From positions 35,280,001 through 35,344,000 of the forward strand of contig OZ249440.1 in NCBI GenBank assembly GCA_965235115.1: a DNA stretch of 64,000 nt. Direction: 5' to 3'. The notes beneath the pieces are model-generated. The model did not search any database, was not told where the DNA came from, and worked only from the letters and a program-made list of their open reading frames with translations. Made by a program: the position numbers and the translations under genes. This stretch comes from Laetmonice hystrix (taxonomy: Eukaryota). Positions 58,859-64,000 of the stretch are shown piece by piece. Numbering within the stretch: position 1 is the stretch's first letter; the number at the start of each line of letters is the position of its first letter.

Positions 58859-59636
58859 CTGGGCCCGGTTCACAAACAAAGTCAAGTCAATTTTAATTAA
58901 CTTGAAATCCATTTTAACCAATCAGATTAAAGTATAATAGACTTCAAGTCAATTAAAATTGACTTGTTGTTGCTGTTGGTTGTAAAGCCGCAAAAACAGC
59001 CTAAAGTGTTTCATAATTTTTAAAACCAGTATAAAAGTTTATGGCCTGTGGATCAGTGGAGAATCTTTCAATAAAGAAGATTCTGTTTGGCATCTCTTCA
59101 ACCTTCTGTTCAAGCCTTTGAATTTCAGCTTCTGTCACTGAAAGTTTTTCTCCACTGGATGTTGGAGGCGAGGAATAATGATGATCAGGCGTTGCTGCTG
59201 TGTGTCCTCGACTGATGCTTCAGGTGCACTTCCAGCACTCGACCCTACATGTTGGGGTTTTTCTTTATCCGATGGAATATACTGGGTATTGCACCAGGCT
59301 TCAGTCTAGTGAGACAGAGTTTTAAGAAAATCCTCGGGCAGAAAATGAACAGAACATACCCGTGTTGACTCAGAGAGCTGAAAAATAAAGCGAAACAATA
59401 AATGTTTAGGTCTAAAGAAAATAAATTGGCTTTTGTCCATACCAGTAGAAGTCTAAGAAAGTAAGAAATCACCCAAGGCCAAGCAAACCCCTTCACATGT
59501 AATGTGAAGAGACTGATTTTGACTAAAAATAGCTGGGAATGAATTACTAGCCAGAATGTACCAGTGAGAACGTTCCGTTTCTGTGACAGGACTACTATTA
59601 AAGATTTACATTATATAAATTAATAGGGCAGTGGGT

Positions 59637-59693
59637 GAGTGAGTGGTGATTTAACGCCATGTCAGCTGCTACGGCCATGACATGGTGAGAACA
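59637..59693 (-). mobile_element. 3' tail of a diverged Nimb-related LINE or SINE
   Basis: Reverse complement ...CATGGCGTTAAATCACCACTCACTC with a terminal stem, resembling the family 3' end. Confidence 0.5.
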
Positions 59694-60467
59694 AGTTGAC
59701 AGCAGGATAACAAATTCAAACCAAAAACTTTAGGTGGAATAAAGAACAAAAGTGTCAGGGTTAATTAATTATACTGCTTGACTATTTGCCAACTTGGCAC
59801 CAAACTCGCTCACCACAAAGCCTTCGAGTCAAAGGACAGGACACGCAGGTTTGCTGATGCGGATGGCCTGGCTGTGCTAGGTCAGGTGAGGATTGTAACT
59901 AGGTGGGTGATACATTACAAGCACAAGCCCTGTTGCGACTAGGATAGTCTGCATTCTGTTATTTCTTGTTGGAGTGCCAGGGTACCCGCGACCACTGCCC
60001 ATCGGAATAGGTTTTAGAACTTTAAGTTTCACGCCAGTATGACAATCAGATGACAGCCGCCAGCTGATGTTTACAATGACAGGCCTAAGCCAAATACCCA
60101 AATTCACGTATTATCGTTCATGTCGCCACCCCATAACAAACAGATTTAGCTTCGTTACCTTGAAGTTACGTCCAGTATCTCTTCTTATTTTCACATTCCA
60201 TGTCTTTCGGAGTTGGTTGCCTTTCGGAAAACGATGAAATGTTAAGATTTTCTCCTTCTCATGGCTTGAACCGTTAGCGCAGGACGGCACTCAGCAATGA
60301 TACGCCGCCATGTGTAGTTGACAAGTGTTTGCGTTCCGAGCCTCGTTTTCAGTTCAAATGGCGCGCGGCGTGAATAAGGTGTATGTTAGGCCTAATTGCA
60401 AGGATCGACATTTTTTTTTTAAACGGTATGTCTCAATCAGAATCTTGGATGTCCCCACTACGCCTAC

Positions 60468-62240
60468 CCCAGCACGCACATCGACGTGGAAACGACGTGG
60501 AACCGACGTCGTTATCCGACGTTGAAACGACGTTGAAACTTGGTTGGATATGAAATTAGAATCGACGTCGTTTCATCAACGTTGAAACGACGTCTTTTTA
60601 TCGACGTTGAAACGACGTTGTTCTATAGACGTTAAAACAACGTCTTATATCAATCCTACCCTAATCAGGCTAATGTAGCTTCGGTCCTATAATTATTTCC
60701 TAATACTACTAAATTAAAAGTAGCCCGACATGATTATTAAGGGTTAAGGTACATTGGAGGTAAATAAATAAATAAATATATAAATAAATAAATAAATAAA
60801 TAACAGACCCAATTGGACAATTTGATATAACATTGTTCATCACACATTTTTATTCCGTTGTTAAGAAGAAGAAGATGATGAATGATGATGGCGATGTCGA
60901 ATGGCGATGATGATGAGCGAATGAATTACACCATAATAATATTAACAAAGTCGCCTATAATATAAGTTCTTTGCTATATACTCATTTACATGGGTGACAT
61001 GCATTTAACTGTGTACTTCGTTATTGGCTACATGCATTTAACTAAGTATTCTATCGAGGCTTTATATTATGTATAGGCCTAGTAGGCTACTGACATTTAC
61101 CTGTCAACTCCGTTTATGACTTCTTAATATATTTCATTCCATTTACCAAACAAGAACATTAGACTACATGCATAAATTTAAATACTGCATTATTACTAGG
61201 TTGGTATACATTTAACTATATTGTGCACATGTACATATGTAGACTACTCCCTCTATATCGGCCTATAGTTCGCCAAGCAAGTTATAGGCTACATTAATTC
61301 ATTTATATGTACACATTTAACTAGTTCACTTACTTTTAGTATTTATTACTTTTTACTGTACAAATGTATTTGTATTAGGCCTATAGCGCAAATCTTTTCC
61401 TGTGTGCTGCGTTGGGTCGGCTGCCACCACCTTCCCTGTTTGGGACCTACCTGAGGTAGCTGGCGGCGTCAAGGTAGAGCACGGTCTTCTTAGCAACATT
61501 AAAATTGTGTTGGACAGCCTAAGTCTATGCAACATGCATACTTTGAACACCATTTGCTATACTCATACATGGGCGACATTTTATATATTTAACTGTGTAC
61601 ATTATGACATTTAACTATCCACTCCGTTTATTACTTCTTAATATATTTCATTCCATTTACCAAACAAGCAAGTTATAGACTAAATACATTTAAATACAGC
61701 ATATTATATTAGGCTGGTATAGGGCCCACATTTAACTATTCCCTCTATATAGGACTATAGTTCGCCAAGCAAACAAGTTATAGGCTACATTACTTCATTT
61801 ACATGTACACATTTAACTAGTTCACTTACTTTTAATATTTATTACTTTTGACTGTATTTGGATTAGGCCTATAGTGTAATTCTTTTCCTGTGTGTTGCGT
61901 GGGGTCGGCCGCCACCACCTTCCCTGTCTGGGGCATACTTGAGGTAGCTGGCGGCGTCACGGTAGAGCACCGTCTCAGCAACACTAAAATTGTGTTGCAC
62001 AGCCCGTTATAGCAGGCTACATTACTTCATTTACATGTACACATTTAACTAGTTCACTTACTTTTAATATTTATTACTTTTGGCTGTATTTGGATTTGGC
62101 CTATAGTGTAATTCTTTTCCTGTGTGTTGCGTGGGGTCGGCCGCCACCACCTTCCCTGTCTGGGGCATACTTGAGGTAGCTGGCGGCGTCACGGTACAGC
62201 ACCGTCTCAGCAACACTAAAATTGTGTTGCACAGCCTCTG
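60468..62240 (-). mobile_element. One end of an EnSpm-like element (CCCAG terminus, GACGT subterminal array) with a triplicated terminal exon
   Basis: TA-CCCAGCACGCAC is followed by many AACGACGTTG-type palindromes (60480-60645). A minus-strand exon YLKYAPDREGGGGR (DUF4806-like C-terminus) is at about 62100-62238, 61870-62003 and 61380-61520. Confidence 0.5.
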
Positions 62241-62597
62241 CAAAACAATTAGCAGTTAAGTTAATTGAGAGGCTCATATTATTTGTATTAAAAGGATTAA
62301 AACTAAAATCAGCTAAAAAGCCGTATTACTACTATTAAGATTCCTAAAAAACTTTGGATGGACTTCGTTGAGGCCTACACCTGAGTCAAAAGGAGGGGGG
62401 AGGACATACTCGGCCCCCTCTCATTTAAAAAAAGGGGGGCATATCCCCCTTTTTCAAACGTCCCTGTTAAGGAAGGGTGTAGGCCGAGGCGGTACAATTC
62501 TGCAGGCTGCCAAATAGTGCGTGGATGGTTTTCCCATGTCGTAATGGTATATGGACTTGGAGTGGGAGTGAAGCGCCACCACGACGGCACAACTACA

Positions 62598-64000
62598 GGG
62601 TCATATCCAAAAATACCGTTTTGTGACGGGACGGAATCTGATGATTATGATTTCTTATAAAACATGTCATAAAAAGAGTGATCTTTCTGGATAATATGCA
62701 GTAAACCATTAATCTACAGGTGAGATCTCCAGACTAAAACCAAGCTTCTACCATCTTTTGCAGTGTAGCTACGGGGGGAAACATGTCGTGTGATGGGACG
62801 GAATGATAAACATGCAACTTTTTCGGCATAAATATTCATCATTAATTTCCATCGCTGTCTTTCATGCATAGATTCTCTTCTATACCATGTAGGTTTGTAC
62901 ATGGCATCTGTAACATACAACCACCATAAATAATTTGACAACTTTTTATTTGTTACAGAAAAGATCTCTGGAAAGAAACATGTCGGCTGTGATGGGACGG
63001 AAAGTGACGGGACGGAATTATGTTACAAAACGCATTCTACATTAAACAAGTACAACGTACATTGTAACATGAATTAAATCATTTCTTATGTTTCAGAAAC
63101 TGTAACAAGTAACAAACATGAAGCTAGAATATTTAACCCAAGGTAGTGATGCCCAACGGTTGGCCAAAAAGAGTCAAGGCTTTCAATAGTCCAGCCTACG
63201 TGTGATGGTATCGGCTAGTTTACTGGTAATTGTGTAGTTTCTCGTGCCACGGGGAACTGGGTACTCATGACTTGCGACTTTTCCTAGCACAGCTGCTGGA
63301 TCACACCAACACAGATCTGGTTTTGGAGCTGGCCAGTGAAAGGTGGTCTGAGGCCCACTTGGGTGCATGAAAGACAGCTGAATGTCTTGGTTGTTTTCGG
63401 ACGTGTCCTCAACAGTGGCCAGCCACCACTTTCCATCATACTGAGCAGCAACAAAGTCGCCACAACTAACATCACGAAACGAGCTGACAGGAATCAGGAT
63501 ATCTGTGTCATGTGTACCAGTTGCCATCTCCTGTGGAATCACTTCATTTTCTGTTAGTGAGATTTCTGTTTCTGAGTGAGATCCTGTCTCCTGGTACGTT
63601 TGGATGCAAATGGCTGGTTCTCCTTCATCCTCACTTTGGAATTTACTGTTGCTGTGGAAGGACAGGGTGTGCCCAAGGCGACGTACATGATGGACCTTTC
63701 TTGTTCTGGGTACCTCATAGACATGATCGAGTTCCAGGATTTGAATCTCTGAATGACAAGTGTAGCTTGTATGGATGCCTGCGATGATAGAGTTGGCATG
63801 AGTGGCAAACTGTTCAGCACCATTGATGACAATATGGCCTGCTTTTACAGTTTTGTAGACTTGATTTTTGACCCTTCCCCCAATTCCATCGACCGGACCC
63901 TTTCCGTGATGTGCTTCAAAGTAGTTCCATGTTATTGCAAGGTCTGCAGGATAGTCCATGAGCAACCTGAAGCAGTACTTGCTCTTGAATTGGGCAGCAC
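62598..64000 (-). mobile_element. Sola2-like DNA transposon, 3' part
   Basis: Terminus GGGTCATATCCAAAA at 62598, repeated GTGA(C/T)GGGACGGAA motifs, and an adjacent transposase ORF. Confidence 0.65.
63183..64000 (-). CDS. Sola2-like transposase C-terminal part (open to the window edge)
   Basis: AAQFKSKY...WNYFEAHHGKGPVDGIGGRVK, with a C-terminal Tudor-like GDFVAAQYDGKWW...FMHP.GP...F.WP...D.CW. Confidence 0.75.
   Translation of the reverse strand, partial: AAQFKSKYCFRLLMDYPADLAITWNYFEAHHGKGPVDGIGGRVKNQVYKTVKAGHIVINGAEQFATHANSIIAGIHTSYTCHSEIQILELDHVYEVPRTRKVHHVRRLGHTLSFHSNSKFQSEDEGEPAICIQTYQETGSHSETEISLTENEVIPQEMATGTHDTDILIPVSSFRDVSCGDFVAAQYDGKWWLATVEDTSENNQDIQLSFMHPSGPQTTFHWPAPKPDLCWCDPAAVLGKVASHEYPVPRGTRNYTITSKLADTITRRLDY

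Larger units (their letters stand above)
56151..60382. mobile_element. Decayed ISL2EU/Harbinger-related DNA transposon with THAP-domain remnant
   Basis: ~57-bp imperfect TIRs AC.CCTTATTCACGCCGCG...GAGGCTCGGAACGCAAACA flanked by AT. Minus-strand THAP exons at 60160-60311 (C*VPSC.N...FHRFP...W...IRRD) and ~59270-59355 (RLKPGAIPSIF). A convergent plus-strand remnant GYSNFIEGYI is at ~56350. Confidence 0.65.

Overview
This window is eukaryotic (invertebrate-like, with spliced GT-AG exons) and is almost entirely nested transposable elements. I see no intact host gene, rRNA, true tRNA gene or CRISPR array. It holds about ten pieces of one young I-group (Nimb-like) LINE family (ORF1 zinc knuckles; ORF2 APE-RT-RNase H), one of them near full length. 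A 7.9-kb Ty3/Gypsy LTR element has apparently identical LTRs and an intact baculovirus-F-type env ORF. It sits inside an intron-containing Ginger-type integrase/Ulp1 transposase. Also present are DIRS/Ngaro remnants, a tRNA-derived SINE, CACTA/EnSpm, pogo-like, Sola2-like and ISL2EU-like DNA transposon pieces, and many MITEs with readable TIRs and TSDs. The most unusual item is a CR1-group LINE (about 22850-27420) whose ORF1 C-terminus is fused to an intact NADAR (YbiA-like N-glycosidase/ADP-ribose-processing) domain. It is followed by a separate intact SGNH-hydrolase ORF and a decayed APE-RT ORF2. All family assignments come from motif recognition by eye, not database searches.
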